DNA of 63,994 nucleotides, filler included, from Bipalium vagum (Eukaryota): NCBI GenBank assembly GCA_037834085.1. It is 3 parts of 3 records of this genome, joined end to end, with 100 filler letters (N's around TTAATTAATTAA, not from the genome) between each part and the next. Parts side by side here need not be neighbours in the genome. Positions count along the whole stretch, not along the records: positions 1 to 28,765 come from JBBMKC010045064.1; 2 more parts are not named here. One strand, 5' to 3'. Shown piece by piece: positions 11,110 to 23,200 of this stretch (position 1 is its first letter; each line of letters starts with the position of its first letter). The notes under the pieces were generated by a model. It saw only the letters and a program-made list of their open reading frames with translations, ran no database searches and was not told where the DNA came from. The position numbers and the translations under genes were made by a program.

Positions 11110-12931
11110 TTTATTTCTTTTCTCCTCTGAGTTGCTCGTAGTCTGAATCATCTTGATTTCTTGTTTCTCTTGTATATTCAAGTCTACAATTCCTTGGATC
11201 TGCTTCTCTTAATTTCTGTTGTCGCTCTGATTACTCTTGCTTTGTGAGTAATAATCCTTTCCATCCTTGAAGTAATTTGAGCCGTGGGCCAAAGAAATCA
11301 TTTATTTTCTTGTTAGCTTTCCTCACTAACAAATCTAGGCTTTGTTCTTCATCTTCTTTATTTATCATTAATTTATCATAATCTTTGTAATATCATTGTA
11401 ATACCCACTAAAACTTTTTCTTTATCTACTGCTTCTTCTACTAAATACCCTAGAACCAAATCATTACTTATATTACGCGGTTCATCAACAAAATCTTCAA
11501 AATCGGTAACAACTTTTTGCATTTCTTCAAAAATGTCACGAGTTAGTTATCTGGTGGTTCTCCATCCTCATTTAGCGGATCCATCAAGTTTATTAATTGT
11601 CTAATAATGTCTTGGTCATCCGCTGTTTCCATATCATAAAGTTCTTCATGTTGTTTTCGATATTTCTCAGCCAGTTTTATAAGATAGTGTCTCCTCAAAC
11701 TATCTCTAGTTTCCGCTCTGATACCGGGAGGTCTAGGTAGTAATCTATCCCTCCTTGGTGGACCGACCGGGTTAGTTCCGGGCCTAGTCTGCCTGACTTT
11801 TGCTTGACTTGACTGTGCTACATCTGGTCTTATCTCTACTAGTTCATCCTTCATTATTACGTTGTGTTCCGTGACTTCATTTGGCATTCCCACTTCATCT
11901 TCTTCACTTTCTGCTAATATCACGTCGTCGGAATCCTCTACTAGTTGTCTTTGATCTTGTCTAGCAGTGACAAGTCCATCCTGCAATGTTGTCTGTGTGT
12001 CTTGCAGTGCTTCAGGTTGTCTTTGATCTATTCCGATTGACCCTTGTACTACTTCGGGCTGCTGTAAATGTGCTAACCTTGCTTCTTGTTGTTCTGATAC
12101 ATTTGATGGGTTAGTCATCACTACTCAGTTTAGTAGACCAACTTGGCGACCTCTTTCATTCACTTGGGTTGCTATTATAGTAGTGGTTTCATCTGCGTTA
12201 CAACCACACTCCATTAAGTATTCATTATTATTCAGTATTATATTATTCAGTATCGAGTTGTTGGCCTAGCCCAAGAATTACTATTATTCACTATTATCCA
12301 CTGATTTTCCATAATCTCTTCTGCCATCTTCCTCAATTTCTTTACTTGAGTGCAAGAATGCAACTTAAGATCAAGTTCCTTACAATTCAGCATCCTAAAT
12401 TTAACTTTCAATGCTCTCATGTCAATTTCTGTCCTTCTAATATATCTACCGTATCTTTTTATCAATAGCCTTATTTCTGCTTGATGTGGACCAAACTCCA
12501 CTAAATACGGTTTTACTTCCTTTATTACTTTTTCCAATAACTGAAGTGAGATTGATATCTCCAAAATTTGACTAAACAGCATTGAGATCCTTTCCTGATC
12601 TCTAAGGTATCTGTGCCATCGCTTCTTTCAATAAAGCAGGAAACTCCTCTGATTCATCTGCATCCAAATCCACCATAGCTAGCACCAAATCACTTTCTTT
12701 ATTTACTTTTTCCACCAAATCTTTTTCTCTAGTTAGTACACTCATTTCTTCATCTTCATTTCTCACCATGGTTAACGTACCACACGTATTGATCCTTGAT
12801 AATTGCTTTTTCAATTCCTCATTTTCCGCTTTGAGTCTATCTACTTCTCCTTCCGACTCATTTTCTGATAATGCATTTGTTTTTACCTTATTACTGAAGG
12901 CTAACCTTTTTGACAGGCTTAATTTCTTCAC
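11110..12931 (-). pseudogene. Unassigned coding region between gag and the glycoprotein
   Basis: ORF pieces 12602-12931, 12247-12582, 11543-12121 and further frameshifted open stretches to about 11110, all on the element's coding strand. Confidence 0.6.
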
Positions 12932-13850
12932 TTAAGCATGATCCCCCATGTGTCCATACTGACCACACTTAAAACATTGAATTTTCCCGTCAATGTTGAC
13001 TACATCTCTTTGCGGCGGTTTCCTTGACCAACAATCAGTCTCCAAATGAACTCGTTTATGGCAACTCTTGCATAACTTGACTGGGCAATCTTTAGCCTTA
13101 TGCCCACGAATCTGACAATTACTGCATTTAATATCTGGATTACTACCTCTACTAGAATCTCTTTTCAATTCTGGACATTGTGATGCCATGTGACCTGTTT
13201 TATTACATTTAAAACACATTCTGTCTGAACCTTCAGACTGTTACTCATTATCTCTTCTAGACCTTTCTGGTCTTTTAATCATTTCATACACTGTATTTCT
13301 TTCTAATTCTCTCATATTCATTTCCATTTTCTTTGCTTTCCGGATTAACTCATCGTAATCCTTATATTCGATTAAACTGATTGCTACCCGCAACGCCTGA
13401 CTCATTCGGATCCAAAACTGATCTTCAACTAACTTCTTTATCTGCTCCGACCATGTTCTCTTATCACCAAATGCACGCTCTGTCAGTATTCCTAACTGGT
13501 AGGCAAATTCATCAATAATTTCATCTCTTCTCTGCTTTCCCTGCTGATACATCTGCCTGTTCAGCCTCTCTAGATTCCCTGGAATCAATCGACTAGTCAA
13601 CTCTGCTAGTAATTGTGCCCATGTCATATTCGGCTTCAACTCTACATTTTGTAAGCACTGCTTGCCATCCCTTTTAAATAAATGGGCAATCTCTAAATCA
13701 TTCTGGCGTCATTGTACCCGAAGACTTCAGCCATTCGTTTGTACACAGCCATAAAATCAGCGACTTCCGTTGGTTCAACATTAAAATCCTTTAAGGGCAA
13801 TCTATAATATTATTCCCTCTCAATCTCCTCAACCATTCTCTGGTTATTCC
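12932..13850 (-). pseudogene. gag: gag: capsid-like helical domain plus four CCHC zinc knuckles
   Basis: TWAQLLAELTSRL...KQRRDEIIDEFAYQLGILTERAF...DQF (retrotransposon gag); CFKCNKTGHMASQC, CSNCQIRGHKAKDC, CKSCHKRVHLETDC, CFKCGQYGHMG (last Cys frameshifted). Confidence 0.92.
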
Positions 13851-14083
13851 TTATAAGTACCGTTTGAACCGTGTACTTATCCAAAATCACAACAGGCTAA
13901 CTAGCCTTTAATTTAAACGAATAGTTTTAAAAGCCTTTAAAATCCAGCCACGCAAGCTTCACAAATTCGCACACAGCTCCCTCAGCTTTTATCAAATCTA
14001 GCCACTCGCAAGCTTCACAACTTCAAGTACAGCTCTACTATACAGCCTCACAGGCTCTCAAATTCTCTCTCTAGCCCACGTAT

Positions 14084-14104
14084 ATCACGTCGGGCAGCTC
14101 ACCA
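14084..14104 (-). other. Primer-binding site, tRNA-Trp-like
   Basis: Minus strand TGGTGAGCTGCCCGACGTGAT versus the complement of the eukaryotic tRNA-Trp 3' end, TGGTGACCCCGACGTGAT. Confidence 0.8.
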
Positions 14105-14114
14105 ATTATATGTA

Positions 14115-14517
14115 TGTTGGCGGAAACCTATCCCTTAGCGTACCTGACCTTACTAACGTAACTATAGGCCTAACTATCGAGCTCGTACTTCACACTTCAA
14201 AAGAAACACAAAACACTCTAAATAAAAATTTTTTTAATAAAGGTGAGAACCTTGTAAATAAAAAATTAAATAAACAAACAAACTGCAACCGGCAGTCATT
14301 AAACAAACAAACTGCAAGGCAGTCACTCACTCAAACACTCTTAATTATAAAGCTGTCAGGGAAAACCCTGATCAGCAAAAATAAAATTATCATAATCATA
14401 CCTGATAATTTTCTGGGCGAAAAATAATGAATTTTCGCTGGCTTATATACTTTTTCAGAGTTAATTTTAGCGTCTCTGATTGGCCAGCTAAGCTGTCATT
14501 CATGACGTACTATAACA
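14115..14517 (-). repeat. 5' LTR of the env-bearing element (outer part missing or divergent)
   Basis: Aligns to the 3' LTR up to catgacgtact; minus-strand CRE-like TACGTCA, CCAAT box and TATATAAG in promoter order at 14510-14440. Confidence 0.85.
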
Positions 14518-17299
14518 GTTAAGGGTCTTAAATTATTCCAATTATAACAAAATTTTTAATGTATTTTATTATCTAAATTAAATTTTGAAATTGTTAAAAC
14601 ATGATCTATATATGTCAGTATTTTCTTTGATTTTCCCAAAGTCATTCCACAATAAAATTGAAATCGAAACAAATTAATAGAAAATCAAAACTACTTCCAA
14701 ATAATTGTTTTGAATGTTTAAACTCTCTGCTCCCTTAAAACTCTATTTAAGCTAGTCCATAAATGTAAACATTGAATTTTCTTGTTTTCTATGTCTATGA
14801 TAATCATTATATTGTGTTCTATTTTCAAGAATTTTTTTACGAATTATAATATTTACAATTATTTATTTTTGAATAAAAATATGTAAATGGTTTTATTTGA
14901 AAACCATTTTGTTCATTCAGTATATTTAACATTTTTATCATTTCCCTTATACTCGGTTAAAATCTTTATATGGCAATGGTTGGTACATTGTGTTTCCATA
15001 AAGATTATTAGCATCAATAAAAAAATAAATAGGTTTTAGCAATTCTGTTAAATAAAATATTATTTCTAAAAATTAGGGTAATTCTAATTTATCTATTTTA
15101 ATAAGATTTTCAATCTATTTTTCTGTATATTTCTTATTGGTTTTAAAATATTGTTGACCTAACAATTTAAAAAATTCTCCTCTTATCAACATTTCAAATA
15201 AATTTTATTTAGTGATTAAATCTAACTTCATTTATGTTTTTTGTAAACTTAATTGCTAAGTTAAACCTGAGGTTGAAACAAACCATATTAACCATTTCAA
15301 AAAATGGATCTAACTTCATGTTACTTGTTTGATATCTGATCATTTATACTACAGCCATTACAACCTTTTGAAGAATTATGAAATCTATCCTCCAAAGTAA
15401 TAACCTCTATATTGAGATAATTTTCCAAATTTTGCTGTTGATTGATTATTTAAATTCCTATCACATTTTTCATGCGAAATTCTTGCTACTGTTCTAAATA
15501 TATCTCTACAGAAATCATATTGTTTATTAGCAAGTTGTGTAATTTACAATTTATCTATATGAGTTTTAGATTTTTTGAGATATTAGTGCTATGATATTAG
15601 CAAATTTTCGTTGGCTTATTTCACAATAATTATTGGTCTAATCATTACTCATTTTTGTGGGAAATATTTTTTACTCTACGAAAATTTATACTAAAGGTCA
15701 TTTTAATCTCTTTTCATTATTATATTTTTATCCTCTTTTACACAATATTTTTAGAGGTATATAAAAATAGAGGTTATAATTCAGGATTCTGTCCTCAAAA
15801 CTAGACATTTATCTAATAATGATTAAAATAAATTAATTCAATAATATGAAAGAATATATACTTTATTAGATTTTATAATTTTAACAGCATTTTTGAGAAC
15901 TTTAGAAACCATGATTATTATGAAATAAATCTTTGTTATTGATTATTCAGCTCCAAGTTCAAGATGGAATGTGTGATTTAAATATTTTAAACCTGAAACT
16001 TACAATCTATTATTAGTTGTAAAAGGAATGAAAGGAGGCAAACCTACAGTTTTATGAGACAAAAAAATTATTATTATAATGAAAATAACCAATATTTAAA
16101 TTACCTTTCATATAATAGAGATAGAAAACAAAATTATTTAAAATATTTGGATGCAAATTTTTTATATTATAGCTTTGACAAAACCGACTGGGGAAATTGA
16201 AATATGAGAAATCAGGGAATAATAATTTTACTTATATTGTAGATAGATTAGATATTTATTGGAATTACAGAAATTCCTAAATAATCACATTTTTATTGTT
16301 AAATCTCGATAAAAATGTTTTTTGTCTAAATTCAATCTTTTTATTTTTATTAAAGTAAAATAGGTATAAAAAAAATAATAAAACGTTTATCTAAAAACTT
16401 CTTAGATTGATAAACTTACCTAACTCCAAACATTTTTTAAAAATATTTATGTTTTTCTTTCATTAGATAATTAAATAAATAAACAAAATCTTTTTGGCCA
16501 TAAATTGTGACATTTTTGAATTTTTAATAAAATAAAACACTTATTATTTCTTATTCTTCATATCATGCATATATACTTCATTTGTTTAAATAATATTGAC
16601 TTTTCTATAACCTTTCTTATGATAAAGTAATTAAATTACAGAAACCAGAATTTTAATTGTAAAATTTAATACATAATTTAAAAGTCAACAGATATCGAGG
16701 AATATTTTTAAAATAACATGATTAAATAAGATTAAATGAATAAATATCATGATTAAAATAATGATAAATTTTAGTATTTCTAACTTCCAATTATGCAATC
16801 TTTTTAATATTCTCATAAATATTAAAATAAATTGAAATAAGACAAAAAAATTTTAATCTGAAATATTCCAAGAATGACAGAAAAATTGCAGAAACCTATT
16901 TTAATAAAAAATGTTCTTTTCATCAAAATTATTTAAATTAAATATTAAAAATGTATGCACATATTGATTTTCAGATAATTTTCTCTTCTTTAAATGAATA
17001 TGATCTTCATCAATATAACTCGAGAAAATTAGTAGAAGCGATCCTTATATAAATTTTGAGTAAGGGAAATAAAACTTATTATTATTATTTACAAATTTCT
17101 AACCGAGACACGCTTTTAAGAAACGTAACACACAAAATTACTACTATTTGTAAATACATGCTCATCAATTCGAGTAAATATTTAAAAACACAGACCGAAA
17201 AATAATAATGTAAAAATGTATTTCAGTGTAGGTCTCACAAAAAATTCAAATTAATTATTGACCGTTATTATTATTGGAATGAAAATGACAAAGAACTGC

Positions 17300-20200
17300 T
17301 CAATTTTTCATCAGTCTCCTCGGACCTCGATTACTGGGTCCAGGGGGTTTGGTGATTTTCGGTCGACTATCAATTTGTGGTGGATGGATGTCTAGCAGCA
17401 GATTGTCGGTAATCAAGTCGCTAAAGTCTCCAGAAATAACTTCAAGCTGAAAGAAGGAAGGAAATGTATAGCATGGAACTAAATCTATGATTAACACTTT
17501 AACTAAAAATTATTATTGAATATCTATTTTTCTCAAAAGTCAATATGTTTGGATTTGTCACAAATAATTTTTAAATTTACAAATTGAAATTTAACCTGAT
17601 ATTTGAATGAATGGATTATCGATTTTCAATTACGCCATTTTTGTAAATTAAACCAATATATTTACAATATGACCACCACTCATTGAAAATCAATTCAGAA
17701 CATAGACACTTCCATGTCTATTTTAACTAATATGTTCGATAAGAAAATGTCCAATCAACTCTCATTAATAAAATCATTGATTTAATTTAGTGAAAGACAA
17801 CTCCATAAGCGTAACGAGAAAAATTTTTTATTGATTATATAAGTAGATAAATTTTTAAATTTAAAATCTTTCCAGGCAACATGCATCAAACGATATTTCG
17901 TTAAGTGTGTTCAATTAAATTTTTGTAAAATAATGATTTCTCATTGGTTACTTTTTCAAGCTTGTGGTACTTTCAGTTAATTTTATGTGGATCACTGAAC
18001 ACCACATTTTTAATCATTCATTCATATGATGTCCGCTTATTGTCAAATGGAACCTTTCAGTGTTAAGCTATGTCTCATATATTTTTAACTTTCGATTAAA
18101 ATTACTGGAAACAATTATTGAGTGGCTCAAATTCGATTCGATTTTGAATGAGAAATTATGCAGAAACTTGTAAGATAAAGATAATAGAAGAAAAAGACAA
18201 AACTAAACTGTGTATAAATAAGGAATTTAATCGTTGTTTTTTCTGTTTATCATCACTACGATTTTTAAATAGGGGATAAAATTGTTTAGATAAAAGAACA
18301 ATAATAAAAAATGAGTAAAACTGGTGTTGATATATTTTTTGAGATTAAATTGATCGCTTAAAAAGTTTTGAGTATTTTTAATGACTGGAAAAACTATTAT
18401 TATTAGTTAGCTTGGCTTAAGATCGAGATCAAAACTATTCACAAAGAAACAATGAGTAACAGTAGAACTAAATCGATTAAACTGGATGGTAGAAAAGAAT
18501 TACACTTAGAAAGTTTTAAATCTGGTTTGTCGAAAACAATTAGTTCACATTCGACATATTTGGATGGACAATTAAACAATTTTTTTGTTGAAAAAGAATA
18601 TAAGTTACAAATTTGTTGGAAACAAGATCGATCTGTTGTAATTTTAAAATACAGTTTTGTTCCATGATACTTGTCAGCTTAAATTAGTTTGTATTTAAAA
18701 GTTTTGTGGTGACGTAATACATATTTCGTAACGATGTTTAAACGTAATTAAAATATAGAAATTCACTTATAATGAGAAAAATATTTCATGTAAAAAATAA
18801 ACGATTTCATAATTAAATTAATAATATTTAATTTTAATAAATCAATAAAATATCTATCTTAAAACCAATATATTGAATTCTTAAAAAAGTCATGTTTATC
18901 TGTATAAAATGAATTAATTTCATTTAAAAACGGAAAATCGTTATATTAGAAAATGAAACAAATTTTTAATCTATATTATTAACCTATTGAAAAAAAATTA
19001 TTTTTCAAAAAAACGATTTTTTATAAAACATAAAACACAAAAATTTTACTTATAATACTATCTTTATATATATATCAGTATTATTGGACAAAAGTAAAAA
19101 AACTTAATTCTAAAAACTTTAAAAATTAATTTTTAATATTTTTTAAAAATGTTTATCAAAATATTAATTTAAGAAAATATTAATCATCCATTGATTTCTG
19201 CTTTCTCCATCAGTATACAGAAAAAACAGATACCATCTTATACAAAACAAATAACAACTACTGTGAGGAAAAATATAAAAATGGTCTAATGAAAGGATTA
19301 ACACATCGAGTTTGGTCCTTAACATCAGATCTATATAGAATTGAGTGAACTTAAAAGGTTTTAATAGTTTTATCATTTAAAAATAATAAAAAAAATAAAA
19401 TTGTAATAAAATAATGCATATCCAAATTGGAAAATCAAAAATATGATAGAAGTTACAGTGGATAAATTTATTAATAACCAATAATCAAAGAGAAAAATGA
19501 ATAAGAAAGTTATTAAAATTCTCAATTCTGAGGGATTCAAGAATTTAAAAAGTAAAATATTACAGATAATAAATGAAGAAAGTCTAAAGGTAATATCAGT
19601 AACAGAGAAAACGAAACACTTTTTAACTCAATACAGTGACTCCAAAACAATTAAATTTCGATGTCATGGATGTGGTCATCTATACATAGGGAGAGACACA
19701 ACGTCACCTAAAAACACAAATTAGTGAGCATTCTCAAAAAAGTAGAACAAGTAAAGTGTTGGATCATATTGTTAGTTACAAAGAAAGACAAGGAAATAAA
19801 TATGCCAATGAAAATGAATTTAGTGAAGTAATGAACAACTTTGATAATGATGAAGAAATTAAAATTTGCAAATCATTAGTAATTTAAAAAGTAAACTAAA
19901 AAATTAGGATCATGTTTGTTTTGACAGACTCAAAAATCATATTTGATACGATTGACCGGTTAAAAAAGAGACTTGAAACGAATCACAAAAAATAACAAAG
20001 TAAATAATTTTCTTTTTACAAATTTATTAAATAAAAAATTGATTCGCAGTTTCTCGATTAAATATTTTAGTGCCACATACATTCCTTTAGATATAATTTC
20101 AAGAGATCACCATAGTTTTTCTCCAAATCGATTTATTTTCGTGTGAGCAACACTCTCCATATCAACAAAATTCATCTTGTGGTTGACAGTTCGATGAACA

Positions 20201-23200
20201 TAAATTTCATCTTTAAACAATTGAGAGAACATGGGTTCTCCAATTCTATTGGATTTTCAAGAAAAAATCTCACATTTCTTCCTCATTTCTGCACAGAAAT
20301 TAATACCAACAGATTTTGAAATGATCATGTCTTCAGGAATTGACTTTTATGATCTGCTCAAGCCCCTCGCTTCTAGCTTCACAGGTATGACACAGAACGT
20401 AACAAAATTATCTTTATTTTTATCCTTTATTTATTTATATTTTATAAAATCGTAAGAACAATAAAGGGTGAATAAGTAACTCACAATGAATGAATCAAGG
20501 AATTGTATCCTGACTCAGTCATCTACATGATAATATCCCTGAGGTCGAAAAGTGAAATAGCAGTGGGATTTTTTTTGTACATATGATATTTTCGGAATAA
20601 TTAAGGATTGGTGTGTTAAGGGAGTTGTGAATTCTTCATTCTAGACACAGATAAGTCTTGGTTTTCCTTTTATGTATTTATTGTATTCTGGGCTGCCCAA
20701 GATTGGTAAAAAAGAGAGAAATAAACTAAGTGAAGATCAAAAAAGAAATATGAAAAAAATGGTGCAAAAGTGTTACTTTTTATATAGACACATTTATTTA
20801 GGTACTTTGAATTTCTCAAAAAAGGATTTTCTTCTAATAGAAAAATATGTATTGTAATTTATGCAATTTTTCGTGTAGCAGCGCCAAAAAACTCAATCAA
20901 TAATAAATATAGTAATAACAAACTGTTTTCCCTTGAAAACATAATTGCATTGGATGGAATACCCACCCATCACCATGCTGATTATTGATTTAATATTCAT
21001 TTCTTTAATATCAACATGAAAAAATTTAGATCGGTCAAAAGAGACTTGATGTCAGAGACCAGTGAAAAAAGACACTTAATATAACAGACCAATAAAAAAA
21101 AGACTTGATAGTCATTTCGGTTAAAAAACCATGATCCAAAAATTATTCGCAAAATGGAGAAAACAGAAATCAATGAATGAATGTTTTCTTTAATTAAATT
21201 AATTATTATTTTATTAAAATGTTAAAAATTAATTTTTTAAAGTTTTTAGAATTAAGTTTTTTTACTTTTGTCCAATAATAATGAAGATAATTTTATGAAA
21301 ATCATAATATTGATATCACTTGAAGATAGATAATGGAGAAATATATTAAAAATTGATTGAAGATCAAAACATGAATCAAGATAGTATTATAAATAAAATT
21401 CTGTGTTCAAAATGTTCAAAATGTTCAAAAAAAAACACCCCTTCAAATTATTAACACCTCTAAATGATCCAAAGTGAAAATAATAATTCTAATATAATAT
21501 AATTATTAAGTACAAAGATTAATAATAGAATCAGAAGAGAATAATAAAATTCTTATCCTTAATCATCTAATCTTGACAATATCAGGTCGCCAAGATTATA
21601 TCACGAGTCATCTATTAGGAACAGAATATAGGTCATAAAAGAGCATGGGCGTTCTCAGATAGGAATATTGGTGTAAGTCGACTGATCACTATAAAAGATG
21701 TTGGAGTCCTCAATGGACTGTCCAGAATTATTATTGGTTAATTATTGGTTATTATTGAATCATAAATTATCATTGGTTAGAAATCTCGTTCTAGGATCTA
21801 GCGAAAATAAACTTTTATAATACAATACTACAAAAAATAATTTTCGCAGATTATGTCGTTGATAAAAAGATAAAATCAATGAAATAAGTTTACTTTTCTT
21901 TGAACAACAATTTGAAACTCAGACTGCAACAATTCAAGAAACGGAGCTTTTGAGCTCGAATAGAGCATTCTCTCTTTAACTGACGAAGAAAATCCGGGCA
22001 TGTTGTAAATGAAGACTGAACATAAATGTTGAATTGAAAAACAACATATCCATAGAAATATATGAATTCATAAATCAATCAATTAAAAAATGTTAATTTT
22101 ATTATTCTTAACAATAATCAAACAAGGATTTTTGATTACTCATTTTCTTGGAACAATGAAAATGTCAATAAAATCTCTTAAAATTGATTTCTTTTTATTA
22201 ATAATAACAATTAAAATCAATATTTGTAATTTTTTGTAAATAAAAATTCTAAGATTAATTATTGTTTAAATAAATATAAAACATTTTTTCATCAGAAAAC
22301 AAAAATTAAGGTTGATCAATATTTTAAAACTCAAATTGTTAATGTATCCAACTCAAAATTGATAACAAAAATCAAAAATTGAATATAATTTTAACTGTTC
22401 ACATTCCAAATAATAATATTAGTTTTTTTGTCAATAAAGTGTATTGACAAAAAATTTAATATGCAAAATCATTGATGTCAATTTTTGTTCCAGATTGCCA
22501 CGAGACTTTGTTAAATAATTATAATGTTCTCTGCCTTAGAAAAAAAAATTGATTAATAGTGAAAGTAATAATAATAATATTAATAATAATCAATATTAAT
22601 AATAAAGTTTAAAAGAAAACAAAGAAAATTTTCCCGAAATATAAAAATCAACAAAACTTCGCAATTTGTTGCCATTGCTATGCTTTTATAAAAATACGTA
22701 TGAGAAAACGATGACGTCAGAATTTATGATAAAGATTTTACGGTTAAATCGACAATGAAACCAACTATTAATTGTTTATACAAAAGAAGACTGCTACAGT
22801 GAACATTGGTAACCATTGGTAAAATAACTTTTCATCATTGCAACAACCAATAATCTATAAATATTCCCACATCCTATTCTATCAAAAGTTAATTTTAGTA
22901 AAACAATATTAAATAATGACTCAATTAGACTAAATTCAAACAGAGAAAAAACTCAATTAGGCTGAACAAAATTCTGTATTTTACCAGGAAAAATCTAGAC
23001 ATTTTATAAAGGATAAAGTGGGCCATTATCTTAATTTTTTCTTATTCTTGATTCCAATGGACTGAAATGTTTTAGGCAATGTATTCCTTTCATAGCCAAA
23101 CAGTTTTGAGTTTTATATCCCGAAAGTGTTTCTATGTCCAAAAGTTTCATCAACTTGATAATAAACAATTATTAACATGCTTCACTTTTTATTTCAGAGC

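Larger units (their letters stand above)
4265..14517 (-). mobile_element. Decayed Ty3/Gypsy-type LTR retroelement carrying an envelope glycoprotein; RT core, RNase H and integrase absent
   Basis: Homologous terminal repeats at 4265-5826 (interrupted) and about 14115-14517, PBS, PPT, gag with CCHC knuckles, protease C-half and RT N-terminus HKITLTDETPIKQRPY. Confidence 0.92.

Noticed and set aside
14110-14427. 105-aa plus-strand ORF
   Set aside because: Lies within the LTR, low complexity, and the other LTR copy differs by indels
14600-15900. Coding-like AT-rich stretch, possibly an old LINE (similar at 890-1500 and 55000-55830)
   Set aside because: No motif intact enough to support a call
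21574-21831. Possible small solo LTR (TATAAAA, AATAAA, ends in CA)
   Set aside because: No TSD or second copy visible in the window
21890-22078. ORF-track peptides at 21890-22078 and 23714-23953 as separate genes
   Set aside because: Wrong-frame readings of twinfilin exons 7 and 6
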